DNA of 61,824 bases, filler included, from Rhabdomonas costata (Eukaryota): the NCBI GenBank assembly GCA_019059605.1. It is 27 parts of 27 records of this genome, joined end to end, with 100 filler letters (N's around TTAATTAATTAA, not from the genome) between each part and the next. Parts side by side here need not be neighbours in the genome. Positions count along the whole stretch, not along the records: positions 34,429 to 36,622 come from JAHMHO010004939.1; positions 36,723 to 38,916 come from JAHMHO010004940.1; positions 39,017 to 41,196 come from JAHMHO010004941.1; positions 41,297 to 43,489 come from JAHMHO010004942.1; positions 43,590 to 45,781 come from JAHMHO010004943.1; positions 45,882 to 48,075 come from JAHMHO010004944.1; 21 more parts are not named here. One strand, given 5' to 3'. Of this stretch, positions 35,372-48,175 are shown in pieces; position 1 is the stretch's first letter, and each line of letters opens with the position of its first letter. The translations under genes were made by a program, and so were the position numbers. The notes beneath the pieces are model-generated. The model was not told the origin of the DNA. It did no database searches and saw nothing but the letters and a program-made list of their open reading frames with translations.

Positions 35372-36124
35372 GGAAGTGAGGGGTAAAGAAAACGGGAAGG
35401 GAGCCCAGGATGGTGGTGTGAGTTGTTGGATGGATGGATGTGTTGTTGGTCCGGGGCTTTTGGGGGTAGGTTCATCAGTATCAGTTGCTTGCTGTAGTTT
35501 TTCCCTCCGCGAACGTTTCGAAATTTCGAACCTCCTCCTCCTCCAGACAAAAACTTTTGAGAATGTGAGAATGGAGTTGGGGGTGCTTGAAGGAGAGATG
35601 GAGGAAGAGAAATTGTGGATTACGAGAGAATGGCAAGATGTGCGTGCGCTCGCTATGTTTCATTCTGGACTTCTCCTACCCGACCTGCGGTTGGCTTTTG
35701 CTTTTTTGAAGTGGGAATCCTCAGCGCTGGCACCGCACAGCCGCATTTTTGTTGTTTCGTTTGAAGTGCTTCATCTTAAATGGGATTCTTTTGGGGAATG
35801 AGGACACGGCCTATCAGCGTTTTGGGAGGCCAAATGCTAAAGCAAAAGTCCCCAGGACTGCTTGTTCATTTATGTGCCAGTAATGTACTGCTTTGGCGCT
35901 TCCAACGAACAAAACACCCCCTCACCTACCCAACTTACGGAACTGCGCCCCAAATTTTGGACGCCTTGACCATTCGTGTTAGTGCCAGGTCCTGCCCAAA
36001 AAGTGCGGCGTAAATCCCGTTGAACTTCGTCTGGGTCAAATATGTCGTCTACACTCTTTAGGATATGCCCCCCCCCCTTTCATATCCTAAAACAGTCCCA
36101 GTCTTACTCTCTAGAGGAAACGTC

Positions 36125-36622
36125 ATGGCAGTTGATTTTTCTGCCGCGTCTTGGCTCCACGCCCCTACTCGCTTTGAAGTCTCCCCTCAGTCCGTGACAA
36201 TTGTCACCGACCCCCACACCGACCTGTGGCAGCGCACCTACTACGGCTTCCGCAACGACAACGCTCATGGCCTGCTCCTCCACAGCGCCGAGAACTTCAC
36301 CTTTACCGCCCGGGCGTCGTTCCAGTACAAGGGCCGCTTTGACCAATGCGGGGTGCTGGTCCTCCTTGACAGTGAGAACTGGTTCAAGGCATCTGTGGAG
36401 AACGAGGATGAGCACATCTCCCGGCTGGGTAGCGTGGTGACCAACGGGGGGCACTCTGACTGGGCGACCACAGACATACCCCCGGTAACGATGATGAGCT
36501 ACCGTCTTAGCCGCCGTGGGCCGGACTTCTTGGTGGAGTCTTCCCAAGATGGGTTGAGGTTTCAGCAGATGCGGATCTTCCACTTAGGTGGCCTGGGGGA
36601 GATCCGCATCTGCAGAAACCAC
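36125..36622 (+). CDS. DUF1349 family (Ree1-like, ConA-fold) protein, bacterial-like, intronless over the visible part, truncated at contig end
   Basis: TDPHTDLWQRTYYGFRNDNA, FDQCG, WFKASVE, SRLGSVVTNGGHSDWATTD, YRLSRRGPDFLVESS.DG..F.QMRIFHL. Confidence 0.9.
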
Positions 36623-37108
36623 NNNNNNNNNNNNNNNNNNNNNNNNNNNNNNNNNNNNNNNNNNNNTTAATTAATTAANNNNNNNNNNNNNNNNNNNNNN
36701 NNNNNNNNNNNNNNNNNNNNNNTTTGTTTGAGGACAAAACAAGTACGTGTCAACAAAAAGAACAGATGCTGGTGGGAAAGAGAGAGAGAGAGAGAGAGAA
36801 ACATCAGTTTCCTTGCATAAACATGGGGAAAATCAGGAAGTCGAGTGGTAGGTCTCCATTTAACAACCTCGACTGAGGTACACTGTTGAATATTTTCTTT
36901 AAATTTTCTTGGAATAATTAGTTGTTTGTTGTTTGGAAATTTCAGCAGCTGCGTCGGCGTAACAGCTGCCGGTTGGCTGCTGTTCGTTCCTTGGCTTGAA
37001 CTCAACGTTTTTATGGTTTTGCGGCCAGTGTCCCATGCTTTCTTGCACCATTCGTATCACTCGTGCTTATATGTTATTGAAGGCGTGGAGGCTTGCCCTC
37101 TACGACAG

Positions 37109-38853
37109 ATCGCTCTGCCTTCGCCGCGGCCTCCGCTGTGGCCGAGCTACGCTCCGCTGAGGCTGTGCTGGCATTTCTGAGCGGGAAGGCAGGGCATTTG
37201 GGCGGGGGTGCAGTGCCGAAGTGGCTGGCTCAGGCCCGTGAGGTTCGGTTGGAGGTCCTGCGGATGCTGACCCGAGTGTACCCTGCGGATTCAGTCACCA
37301 AGACTCAGGTTGTAAACATCTCTTAGTTTTCTGCAGATCATTGTAATTTGTGATCGAACAGCTTCGCTTCCTTTTCGACTCTCTTCGCCCCCCCCCCCTT
37401 TCTCCGCCACCGTTTCCAAGATGGTGGATTCCCGCGCTCAGTGCTCCTGCTCCTGACACTGGGCACCGTTGTTGTGCGCTGAGGAAGGGGTTGGAAGACT
37501 TGGAAGTCTCTTTTTCGATTTTCCTCCTCAGGCCATGTGTGCAGGGTTGTGGGAGTTCAAGAGAGAAGCGCTCTTGCAAAGGCGGAGAGAGTCACTGTGA
37601 ACTCACGGGACCCAGCTGCCTGCTTTAAAAGCAGGGAATGAGGCTGGTTATGGGCAGCGTGCTATTGCTTCTTTTTTTTTGCCTGGGCGCACATCATTTA
37701 CTTTTGTGTGTGAATTGGTGGTAGGGTGGCAACATGTCCGCGGTTCCAGTTATCGGGCGGGGGGTGAGGGGCACTTTTTTTTTTGAAAAATGGGGAATCC
37801 CCTTCTTCTTTTCCCCCGTTTCCTCAGGTACTGAGGCTGGTTCTCCACGCGGTGCACATGCTGTACGAAGACCATATGCTGGATTCAGCCCTTCTGGAGG
37901 ACTTGCTCGCGGCCCGGCCTCCCTTTGCAGGGGAGGACAGTCGATTCCCTCTGAAAGGGATGTGGCAGCTTCTGACCCATGGAGTCTGGGAAACGGTCAC
38001 CAACCCCCACGTGCTGCATCACAACCTGGTGCTGATGGGGACAGTGCTGCGAGCAGCCAGCCTTTTGCCTGCCTCACAGGTGCGACAGGTGGAAATGGGG
38101 AGAGCTTGGGAAGGAGCGTGAGATTTCGAAGAGGCTACTTAATTGTGTGGTTGGGCCAGCCGTGCACAAACCGTGCACTCACCGTGCACTGAAATTTTCG
38201 GAATTTTTCTTCCGGCTTTTGCGGACGTCTTTTTTCTCAGATGTTGAAGGAAAGTGACTACTACCCGGAACAAGAAGGGGATCCCCTTTGCACCCCCCCC
38301 CCCTAGAAAACCGCATACATGAGACTGGTGTCTGGGTGTGGTGTAGAAGGCACAAAGACAACAGCTTATACACACTGCTCTTCCAACTGGCTCCACGTGG
38401 GGCATAAGTAATTCTTCTCACCCTTTTTTACTCTCGTCTAACACCGCAAAACCAAGGTTCTTCCAGTTAGGCAAGTTAACGAGGAGCTGAACAAATCCTG
38501 AGAAGGAAGACGCAACTAACGTGCACGACACTCACGAGTCCGTTCAGTGGTCATGGTGAATTCGCTCTCGGTACAGTTGTGTGTGATGCGCTTTTCTACA
38601 GTCATCAGCCCACAAAACGCTCTCCGAGATGGGCATGGAATTCTGCACTGCAGTGCAGCGGTACTCGCAGCCGGAGAACCCCGCCACCTTCCGCAAGGCT
38701 GCGGTGGCCGCGCTGCGTGCCATGGGGTGGTTCCCCTGTGCGCGGGAGAAGGCCCAGCCCTCGCCAGCTGAGCTGGACTGGGGCACTGCACACCCTGGAT
38801 TGTGCCTGGGTCTGTGGCGGGCTTTGCACAGTCTGGTTGCAGACGAGAACGAG
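37109..38853 (+). CDS. Helical-repeat protein, possibly THADA/Trm732 C-terminal region (exons approx. 37109-37308, 37828-38079, 38602-38853)
   Basis: GT-AG bounded Leu-rich exons; FRKAAVAALRA and LGLWRALHSLVADENE resemble the THADA C-terminal motifs. Confidence 0.45.
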
Positions 38854-39717
38854 GTGCGTGTATGTGGTGCGCATAAAACCCGGGATCCGGTTAGCAGGTT
38901 TTATGCACCCCACACCNNNNNNNNNNNNNNNNNNNNNNNNNNNNNNNNNNNNNNNNNNNNTTAATTAATTAANNNNNNNNNNNNNNNNNNNNNNNNNNNN
39001 NNNNNNNNNNNNNNNNGTGGTGGGTGTGTTTGGGGGGTTGTGGCACAGAAGCCAGCAAAGGAGACGAAAAGAAAGGATGGGCCGAACCAATTTGCCAACA
39101 AGGGCGCACACTGCTCTACTCTTCCCATGAACAAAACAAGAGAATAAAAAAAGAGAGACTCGTCACGCATACACACATGACACCTTGGATCCCAGGTAAA
39201 CCTCAAAAGCAAGAAAGAATAATCCTTTTGAAAGCCTTCCCGGGGGAGAACCCAAACAAAATAGAATATGGCCCAAAGTAAGCTTGGGAAGTGAGGAGTG
39301 GTAAAAACAGACAACTGACCTTTTGCCGACTTACCTTGAAAGGTGACAGATATATTATGCCTGGAAAATCTCGAATCTCGCTTATATGGTGAGCTGTTTT
39401 GTGGCCAGTGCTCCCTAGACGAGTGGTTTTGCTTAGCACTTCAAAATGCGGGCTAAGGACTCTGCAATGGCTGGTATATGGGCGGACATGTGCGGCAGCA
39501 TTACTGAAAGGGCGACCATATGAGCCCCCAGAATGCAGCTTCCAAAAAGAGGAACCACAGTTTTTATGGAAAAGGACTGCAGATTGCCAGCATAATACCC
39601 CACGCAACGAATGAGTTGGCAGGAGGGTACCGTCGTAAACCAAACCAAACTTCTTACCACAACTAACTACGGCTGTGCAAAATGAGGAGTCGTGCGGGGA
39701 GGTGGGATCTCAGCAAC

Positions 39718-40585
39718 CTGGTCGATGGAGGAGGAGGGGAATTCCCGGGTCGGGCGGTAGCATGGCAGCACGTCAACCGAGGGGTACCGCAACACCACCG
39801 CAGGAAGGCACTGCACATGGCATTCCACCTGATATTTAAAGGGCCACAGAAAAAACCCGATCAATATTCATGTGCGGACAAAAACTCTTGGCAAAGAAGA
39901 AAAACCCCGGGAATAAAAAAGGATAGCCCAGGCGGCCGAATGGATGAACAAATTCATCCGCGTAACTTGCGCAGCTCACTGCATCACTGCACTCAACCAC
40001 AGCAACCAAAGGCATTTCAAAAGTTCTGACAATCGCCCACAATCCCACCTGCTTGGCGACGGTCTCCGTTATTAGCAAGGGCACCCCAAGCGCCTTGCAG
40101 GCCACTCTCTGCAGCGCCACCGCCAGCCCAACGGCCTCACCGGTCCCCACGAAACGCTTCACCGCATCGCTACCCATGTTCCCAAAGGTCACACTGGAGC
40201 TGGCAACGCCTACCCGTAGCCCAACGGCAAAAAATGGCGGCTCAGCCTCCGAGGCGGCCGGGGGCACCGCCATCTCTGAGGCCTCCCAAGCTGACTCCCT
40301 CGAATCGGGTGGAACGAGGCAGGCCCGCTGCCGTCGGGGCGAGGGCTCCCCTGGCGAGGAATGAGGTGACTTTGGGCTCAGCGTCAGAGTGGTCTGAGGA
40401 GGGTTGCTCCACTGCGCAACAACCTCCAAAGCGCACACCACAGCGTGGTACTCCGCTTGCGCGCACCGCCGGGGCACGTTGAACAGCGCCAGCACCCGAT
40501 CCCCAAGCACGTTGTCCACCAGCCCGCGGTGAGCGGTGACCTGCTCGTGCACCACTTCGATATAACGGCTGTAAACCTGTTCCAG
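39718..40585 (-). CDS. Degenerate class III nucleotide cyclase domain, paralog A (exons 40585-40049, 39828-39718)
   Basis: GLVDNVLGDRVLALFNVP, HAVVCALEV, LRVGVASSSVTFGNMGSD, GEAVGLAVALQ, VPLLITETV. Confidence 0.85.
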
Positions 40586-41643
40586 CTGTACGCAGACACG
40601 AACACCCCACTGCAAGTGCACAGGCGTGAATCACCCGTTCACATCCGACCACACCAACCACCAGCTGCCTGGCACTGTGATCCTTGGTTCAGGTTCAAAT
40701 GGATCTCAGTCTTGAGCTGCGTATTGTGAACAGGGTTAGGTAAGATACCCTCATCCACTCAGCTGTGATTGAAGAGGAACAGAAGCGTGCACCCTGCAGG
40801 CACCGTAAATTTACACACTTTCTCATTCATCCCACCTATGCTTTCCCTTCTCCATCGTGAACTCTTTTTTGTGCGTCGTAAGGTTTTCGAAGAGTCTCAT
40901 GCTACAAATGGTAACACTGATACGGATAACTCCTCCCCTCATCGTTTAGACCATGAGACATGCGCCGAGAACATCATCAAACATCCAACAAAACATACAG
41001 CAGCGCTTTTCCATCAGTGCTTGCCGGTGTGGCAAGCACCTTCGCATCCAAATGAGGTGCAGCTGCAAGAAAACGGGGAACTTTCACCGCGCCCCCCCCC
41101 CCACACACCTAAAACGGAAAAGGTGGGAAGAAGGATATGGCAGGACGTCAGCATGATTGCGCGGAAGGCACACGGGAAGAATTCGGACACACACCCNNNN
41201 NNNNNNNNNNNNNNNNNNNNNNNNNNNNNNNNNNNNNNNNTTAATTAATTAANNNNNNNNNNNNNNNNNNNNNNNNNNNNNNNNNNNNNNNNNNNNTGTG
41301 GTGCAAACTTTTCTTGGGGTGTTGATACAAGTTGTGGTCCTCAAAGAAAGGGAGAAGAGAGAGAGAGAGAGAGAGAAAGGGGGTGGAGGCAAATGACCTT
41401 CGTGGGCACCTGAAACCATTATCTTGAGTCGCTCAAGACACAGGACAAATCTCAGCGGACGAGCGCAGCTGAAAGGGTACACACTTGAGTGCTTGCGGAT
41501 GTGCAAACACATCCGTTAGTATTTGTGTGTGGATGAAGGAGATCGGTACAACAGAAGGCCTCACAATTAGACCTGCTACGCCTCCCAGCCCAAGTTTCAT
41601 TCCAATGACCAGAGCAGCCTCCCTTCCTCTGACTCCAGTCACC

Positions 41644-43270
41644 TGACTCTCGGCCTGAACAAGCGGGGCATCGCGCCTGGGCCACAGCACAGAAGCGGCC
41701 AGGCTGGAGATGGGATCAGCATGGACTTGGCCTACGCCCGCTCCGGTGACCGGGGCCAGGGTGCACAAGGTGCGCCGCAGGGTTGTCGTGGAGGAGTTCA
41801 CGGGAGAGCCGCCCGAGATGCCCACCATGGGAGACGGCGCCAGAGTTCGGCCCAGACCGCTGCTGTGGCGATACACAGAGACGTGCATGGTACTTCCCAG
41901 TTACTTGCTTCAAGCGTTGATTCTTTGAACCATTCGTGATTCACTGTCTGCAACCCGCGCAAGCGCCATCAAAAGATGTGCAAGTGGAGTGGGTATCAGC
42001 ACGCTCATCTAGCTGAGATCACACTGTGTTGCCCACAATTTACTGCTGTTGATCGTCGCAGTTGTTATGATTAGTGGATACCTTCGGTCCGGTGGGCTTC
42101 GTGCAGTTACGCTTGAGCGGTGCGAGGCGCCGCAGCCTAAACTCACTGGGGAAAGCATGATAAGACCAGCCGTTGACTCCGCCTCCTCTCCCTGCTGCTG
42201 GAAGAGGTAGCATACAAGGCAATGCTCTGAGCAGCGATCGGGCCAGGGACCATCCCACAGGACGATTCCGCTAGAGAAGAACAGCTGGCCTCCTCCAAAG
42301 GGTCCACGGGCGGCCAGGGCTCGTCTGCGCCCAGCGCAGGCTCCACCCCAGAGTCGAACGAGGACCGCAGTGACTCCCCAGCGTCAGACTGCCGCGCAGA
42401 GAAGCCAGCGTCAGGGCCAGACGATCGGTTGCGGTACCGCGAAACCACCCCACTCAGCTGAGCAGCTGGCGCAGAAGACTCCACAGGGGTGGTTGCTGTG
42501 GTGGAAAATGTTGTGGTGCAACTGCAAACGAGACTTTCCAAATACGATACGTTCCAAAGGGCGACCCGCTCTTCGTTTCCGCATTTGTAACTCTTCTAAA
42601 CAACTCGTCAAACAAAGAAACGTTCTTCAGAACCGAACATAACAGGACAGAAGGACAGAAGGACAGCCGGTTTCTATTCGCACCCTTCACTGAAATCAAA
42701 ACGGCTATTCTGCAGCAGATAAATTCAACCGCTCTCCTTCTACACTACCATGTTTCGACAAAGCATACCCGAAATATATCAAAACTGCCGACCTATTCAC
42801 TGCCCGCTGATTCTCATACGATGAGGTTCAATGTTCCATAGTTCACCGCAACGGCCGTGTCACGCATCGAAATCCGCACTGTTCAATATTCACATGCTCA
42901 GAAATCCAAAAACTTGGACTCGGAGAAGGAAAAAGGCGCAAAACCTCTTGCCGGCAGGGGAAGGACCATGTTTTCCCCGGGAGTTTCGGGAGCGGAGCAA
43001 ACCGAGGACCGTCTGCCGCCGCTGCATGAAGGCCGAGACTGAGGCTCCAGCCCGGCCTGGGCCTGGAGGTCGGCAGGAGTTGGGTCCCACTCGGGACGCC
43101 GAAGGGGCTGCCGGACCTTTCCGGGGTTACCGCTTCGTGCGGCACACAGTCTCTGCCGGGCACGAAAGGCTTGCAGGGAAGAGGGAGGGGCACGGGGCGC
43201 AGTGGAAGCGCAAGATGAAGATGTCACTGCAGTGGCAGAGGCGGGGAAGGCCACTGCAGGCGAAGGGGGC
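41644..43270 (-). CDS. Low-complexity Ser/Pro/Ala-rich protein fragment (about 3 exons)
   Basis: GC-rich exon-like blocks near 43270-42930, 42520-42170 and 41862-41644; no domain recognised. Confidence 0.35.
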
Positions 43271-43702
43271 TGAAGCGAAGAAGTAAAAAAAAAATTACGC
43301 GGAGAGAACAAAGAGAACCATCCCACCACATTCCTCCCGCCAAAAGAATGGTCGGTAGTGCAGAATTTCCGCGGCAAGTATTCTCCAAGCAGCTCATCAA
43401 AAATGGAAGCTTTCTTCTTCTTCTCCTACAGCAAGGTATGCCTATTATGACCCTGAAAAGCAGTGACCACTTTGAAGGTGTTCGGATAANNNNNNNNNNN
43501 NNNNNNNNNNNNNNNNNNNNNNNNNNNNNNNNNTTAATTAATTAANNNNNNNNNNNNNNNNNNNNNNNNNNNNNNNNNNNNNNNNNNNNGCTTTCCTTTT
43601 TGTTGCGACTGTAATTTGTGAATGTGTTGTAGACTTTGAAAGCACCCTTAAGTGTGTGCGCAGTTTAGGGGCGGGAGCTGGCACCTCCTCCGTACGTATC
43701 AG

Positions 43703-45567
43703 GTGTCTTGCGACCACACGGAGAAGGCGTGGGTGAGCCCCTTTCAGAGCACCGTGCTGCAACACCGTGGGCTCTCCGCGCTGCTGACCGTCCTACGGTC
43801 CCTGGTGTCGCTGATCGACCTGTGCGAGGAGGAAGCCCCGGAGTGGCTCATTCGCAGGCACCGTTCGGGGGGAGGGGCAGCGCCCGTTGCATCTGGGGGC
43901 GAATAATCAACGCACCTGCGCCTAGAATACAAACGTGTTGGAAACATGCTGAGAATCCAAGTGCAGGCAGCAGCAGCAGCAGCAGTTTACACACAAGGAA
44001 CAGGTGTATCACTCTCATTGCCATCGCTTCATATATGGTGTGATGCACGATGGGTCTGGGAAGTTGTTAGGATGGGGTGTGCAATGCCTATTGCCAGCTA
44101 TTATTGCTTCTTTCGATTTTCGGGGGGGTTTCACGTAGCTTCAACATGGTTCGGGCCAGGATGGTCTGGAACAGTCAGGGCTGGAAGGCCGGGTTGGTTG
44201 CCCTGCGGAGGGCCTGCGGGGAGGAGGCCGCCTCGAACCCCGCCGCGGTGGCCGACTTCCTTATGTTTGCCCCTGGTCTGGACAAGTCCGAGGTGGGACG
44301 CTTCTTCGGCGCCAACAAGGTGTGTGTCTGGCTGTTTTATGCGGGGTTTCATCAACGGCGTGATCTAAAGGTGTTGCCCATACAGGTGACTGGGTGGGTT
44401 ATGCTCGAAACCGGCTAGGGTGCCCTTCGCCTGGTGGGATCGTGCAGCACCCTTCGATCTTCTCCCGGACTTGCTTTAGTACATTTAGAATCCCCCTGCA
44501 TCTGACCATTGCATTCGTTTTTTTTTCGTCGTTCATGGTGTATATGTGAGGTTTGCAGCGTTTCTGATGTCGGGCTGCTGACTTTCGAGGTTTCGGGATT
44601 GAGGAGGTAAACTGCTGGCGAATCTTAGCATGGAAAGCTGTTTGCGACGCCGTGGCGCTGTTCACCATTTCAGTGCCTAAAATCACGCTGAACCTCTGAG
44701 CTTTTTTGCGTCTCTGAAAAGCTTGGCTTTTTTGTGCAGCCGTTTAACATGGGGGTGTACGAGGAGTACCTGGGGCTGTTTCAGTTCGCGGACCGGCCGC
44801 TGGACATGGTGCTGCGGGAGATCTTTACCTCCTTCCGCATCCTGGTGTGCCTCGTTGCACAATTACACCCAATTGGCTGGATCTCCGATCATTGGATACA
44901 GAACCATGTGCGATGGGGAACGGGAGCAAGAGCTTGTAATCTATTAGCAGCGTCCAAAAGCAGGCGGGAAAAATGGCTTCCAGCCAAGGACGCGCACCGC
45001 AAGTGTTGAATCCGCAAGAAACACGCAACACGAGGATGGCCGTGGAGGTGATGCAAGAGAGACGAAGTAACTTTGGGTGGTGTCAATAATGGATTGTGAG
45101 GGTGAGTAGGATGCGACCGGTCACACAGCGTTTCTGAAGGCCCCACAAACATAAAAAAGACTCCGGGCCTGCTTCGGATTTGCCCTCATTTTATTTACTG
45201 GGTGAAGAGCGAGCTTGAGACGGTACGACATCCAGAGAAGTTCAAAACTTCATAGCAATGGCTCTGTACTGCAGCCGAATCGCAAGCAACCGAGGGCACT
45301 GAGTGACGTACACATATCCACACCCGCCCCTTCCATCCTCATCTTGCTTCCTTCCCGGTCTTCCGATGTTGCCGGTGGGGGTTGCCAGGGTGAAGGACAG
45401 GTCGTGGAGCGCCTCGTGGAGAAGTTCGGGGGGAAGTACGCGGAGTCGAACCCCAGCCTCACTGCGGACGCGGCGTACTTTCTGGGCTTCACCATCTTCA
45501 CCCTGAACACAGTGAAGCACAACCCCAACGCCAAGAGCCGGGACATGAGCAAGGACGAGTTCTGCAG
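43703..45567 (+). CDS. Sec7-domain Arf guanine nucleotide exchange factor, partial
   Basis: VADFLMFAPGLDKSEVGRFFG, YLGLFQFADRPLDMVLREIFTSFRIL|GEGQVVERLVEKFG (Glu finger), DAAYFLGFTIFTLNTVKHNPNAK..MSKDEF. Confidence 0.93.
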
Positions 45568-45882
45568 GTCCACACACACTCTCTCTCTGCTTTCTGGATG
45601 CGCTGCCTGGAGAGCACCGTGTGCACCTGACTGTGTGTCCGGAGCGGTCCTGGCGCTAAATGCGCTTGATTGTTTACCGTTCCCTGGTATTTGAGGCTTC
45701 AATACTTAATTAATTTTGGCTTTTTTGAACGGGTACCAGTGGTACCGGGCACCACTGGTGCTAGGTGCCTACACACAACCCNNNNNNNNNNNNNNNNNNN
45801 NNNNNNNNNNNNNNNNNNNNNNNNNTTAATTAATTAANNNNNNNNNNNNNNNNNNNNNNNNNNNNNNNNNNNNNNNNNNNNT

Positions 45883-46191
45883 TGGGGGTTGCCTCCAGAG
45901 GAACCGGGGCGACACCTCAGCACCTGATCCACATCCAGGGAAGGCACTTCGAGCTGGCTTTCGCTTTCCTTCACTTCCACTCGTGAAGAACATACAAAGC
46001 AAAAGCCAGCTCGAAGTGCCTTCTCTGGCTGCGGGGAGTGCAGGCGCGGCCTGGGCTCGCTTTGGGAGCCGTGGGGGTTGCCTCCAGAGGAACCGGGGCG
46101 ACACCTCAGCACCTGATCCACATCCAGGGAAGGCACTTCGAGCTGGCTTTCGCTTTCCTTCACTTCCACTCGTGAAGAACATACAAAGCAA
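45883..46191. repeat. Exact 120-bp direct duplication (period 189) with an interposed 27-bp inverted copy
   Basis: 45883-46002 equals 46072-46191; 46002-46028 is the reverse complement (1 mismatch) of both 45935-45961 and 46124-46150. Confidence 0.9.
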
Positions 46192-46351
46192 GACTAAGGC
46201 AATAGTGTCCAAGAAAACAGCGGAAGATGCATGCGGGTACAGCAGGGGCGAGGGGCGGCTCGTTACCACGGACACAGCAGAGAGCACTGGTCGGGGCTTC
46301 GCCATTGCAGGCATGTGAAGAGGACGGTGCACAAATGGGCAATCGCAAGTG

Positions 46352-46354
<3 letters not shown>

Positions 46355-46388
<34 letters not shown>

Positions 46389-46401
46389 CAGTAGTAGTAG
46401 T
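46355..46401. repeat. (TAG)n/(CTA)n microsatellite
   Basis: About 15 trinucleotide units with one CAG interruption. Confidence 0.92.
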
Positions 46402-46624
46402 ACAAGACCAGCAAAACTTAGACCGCTTCGGCCAACGTGAAAATCTCGTCGAGGAGATCCCATCCAATACCAAAAGCCATACACATTCGAAAATCACCTG
46501 CGCCCCCCTCCCTCTCGACGCGCGTTTTCCTAAAATTCACATTGCAGTTGTCGATGTTAGAAGTTCCCGCTGCAGGAGCAGAAATGCGGCGGATCACCAT
46601 CCCCACCTGAACAGAAGCGCACAC

Positions 46625-47701
46625 CTCCTGAATCCCAGGGCGGGCGTCCGGGTCCTTCGTAAGACAAAGCATCACACACGCCCGCCACAACTCCGAATAC
46701 TGAGACGGGAGTGGCGCAGGGGTGGAGTTCAGGATGCTCCGGAACAGCAGCGGCACAGTGCTCCCAGAAAAGGGGTGCGCCAAGGTCGAAAGGCGGTATA
46801 GCACGCACCCCGCGGCCCAAATGTCAACCTGTAAGGAAAGAAATCAGTCCAATCCGGCAGGCCTGTACCTTTTCCACAATCCACAAGGAAATCCTCCATA
46901 TTTCAATGACTGCAGCCTCCATCAAAAGGAAGATGCGTATCGCCATTCATAGTTAAATAGCGACGATTCCACTGCGCTCACCTGAGCCCACCACAATAAG
47001 GACGAGCCAAAACGTCACGAAGAGTTGGGAAAAGTGGGGTGGCCGTTGAGATGGGCACCTTAGCCACTGCCGAGGACGCACCTTGTAGTCACACGGAAGC
47101 CTCTGCACTTGTTCCGGGGCAAAGTAGGAGGGCGTCCCCACGGCAGAAGCCTCCTCGGGCTGGGAGGAGACCACTCGGCTCAGGCCCAGGTCAGCAAGCT
47201 TCACTGCAAGCTCAGGACCTATAACCCAGAGCGATCAACCGAGAGAAAATGATGATAAGTTACAGCATAACCGCTCGGCAGGCAACGCAGAGGCGTAACA
47301 CTGAGACACGGCTTGGTTTGTAATGCTCCAGGCTTGACGCCTTTGTACCCGCTGGAATGCCAGGCCAAAACAGCACCCTGCTACCCTTAAGTCAGCCACC
47401 TTTAAGTGGTGGGAGTGCCCAGCCTCTCCAAGCGTATGGATGTGGTGCTTGCGCATCAATCAACAATCGTTGGAGTTTTCTGGCTTCTCCGAAATCTCCA
47501 GGTTTGGCTGCACTGGAGTTCTCTGGAGAATAAGCAAGTTATCTTTTCTAGCTCCGCTGCACACCCATGAGAAGGACGTTTCGAGTCTTCACGTCGCGGT
47601 GGATGATGCGCGACTCGTGGAGGTACTGCAGCGCGGAGCACAGCTGGGAGAGCACCCTCCAAAGGAACGCTTCGTCGACTGCACACCCATGACTCCTGTA
47701 C
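46625..47701 (-). CDS. NIMA-related (NEK-like) Ser/Thr kinase, partial
   Basis: DEAFLWRVLSQLCSALQYLHESRIIHRDVKTRNVLL, VKLADLGLSR, VGTPSYFAPEQ, DIWAAGCVLYRLSTLAHPFSG, CLTKDPDARP. Confidence 0.9.
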
Positions 47702-48175
47702 CTGAGGAAGACCGGAACCAGAAGAATCATAGCCACCGACACCTCGGAGACCACTTGAGAGACAGGTTTCCTTTATCTTGGACGGATTTCACACCACCCA
47801 AAAAGCAGCAGAAAAACAACAAAACTTCGTCAGGGTACCAAACCTGCACAGTGAACACGCAGGAATGTCACGTGGAAAGAAAGGGAGTTCGGTTTTCTGC
47901 TTTGCAAACTGTCCCCTATAGTTTTTACACCGCGCTTTCAGCACCCCAGCACGGCAGCCTGCACCGCCGCAAGGGCGGGGAGAAACCCGTGAACGGGGAG
48001 CCCACACACAGTCCCATGAAAGAAGCTTGAAGCTTCTTGGCCTCCCAAACGTGCATCTCCATATGCATACCAACANNNNNNNNNNNNNNNNNNNNNNNNN
48101 NNNNNNNNNNNNNNNNNNNTTAATTAATTAANNNNNNNNNNNNNNNNNNNNNNNNNNNNNNNNNNNNNNNNNNNN

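Noticed and set aside
46160-46484. Poly-Tyr, poly-Leu, poly-Thr and poly-Ser ORFs
   Set aside because: Translations of the (TAG)n microsatellite.
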